DNA of 26,494 nt from a virus (lineage: Duplodnaviria > Caudoviricetes). The stretch spans positions 1 to 26,494 of the IMG/VR virus record IMGVR_UViG_3300044448_000451; one strand, written 5' to 3'. Positions 26,230 through 26,494 of the stretch are shown in pieces (positions within the stretch are counted from its first letter, which is position 1; each line of letters starts with the position of its first letter). The position numbers and the translations under genes were made by a program. The notes under the pieces were generated by a model. The model was not told the origin of the DNA, searched no databases, and worked only from the letters and a program-made list of their open reading frames with translations.

Positions 26230-26398
26230 TGTCGTTCTCCTCTAAACATCTTTCTTTTAATTGCTCGTAAGTATCAAAAGCATTATGAAAAAGGTCGTAG
26301 TCATTTATCCAATCTATCAACCCTTCTCTAGTTATTATTTGAAAACTCTCTCCACTCTCATGGTTATAAAAATGTATTGGTTTAAAATCAGGTTTCAT
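26219..26398 (-). CDS. Small hypothetical protein (59 aa, not in ORF track)
   Basis: MKPDFKPIHFYNHESGE...CLEENDNET*. GAGGAG RBS. Confidence 0.65.
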   Translation of the reverse strand: MKPDFKPIHFYNHESGESFQIITREGLIDWINDYDLFHNAFDTYEQLKERCLEENDNET

Positions 26399-26413
26399 TG
26401 TCGTTCTCCTCTA
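26223..26413 (-). repeat. Perfect 22-bp direct repeat, 2 copies (26223-26244, 26392-26413)
   Basis: Minus strand TAGAGGAGAACGACAATGAAAC, containing RBS and start codon. Confidence 0.9.
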
Positions 26414-26494
26414 CTAATTCTTTGAAGTGCCTTACTAACATATCTAACGCTTCATTAACTTTCGTATCTTTAAAATCATCTTTAATATCAGATA
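26388..26494 (-). CDS. 3' end of a hypothetical protein, truncated by the window edge
   Basis: Open frame ...DDFKDTKVNEALDMLVRHFKELVEENDNET* ending at TGA 26390-26388. Confidence 0.55.
   Translation of the reverse strand, partial: SDIKDDFKDTKVNEALDMLVRHFKELVEENDNET

Overview
AT-rich (roughly 30% GC by eye) fragment of a lytic, T7-superfamily podovirus-like phage, probably marine, with two convergent arms. The + arm (1-13271) carries putative internal-virion proteins. One is a 1632-aa polyvalent protein with an ADP-ribosyltransferase-like domain and a C-terminal lysozyme-like domain. Behind a perfect sigma70 promoter follow holin-like membrane proteins and an uncharacterised envelope module: a secreted Thr-Asn-repeat protein, a secreted NIDO-like/Cys-repeat/acidic protein, and a membrane-anchored coiled coil. 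The - arm (13264-26494) carries small early ORFs, a stand-alone WYL-like protein, a TonB-C-like membrane protein, SSB, gp4-type primase-helicase, family A DNA polymerase, nucleases, DUF3310 and class Ia nrdA/nrdB. No RNA polymerase, integrase, tRNA or CRISPR array was seen. All family calls come from motif recognition by eye, not database searches.
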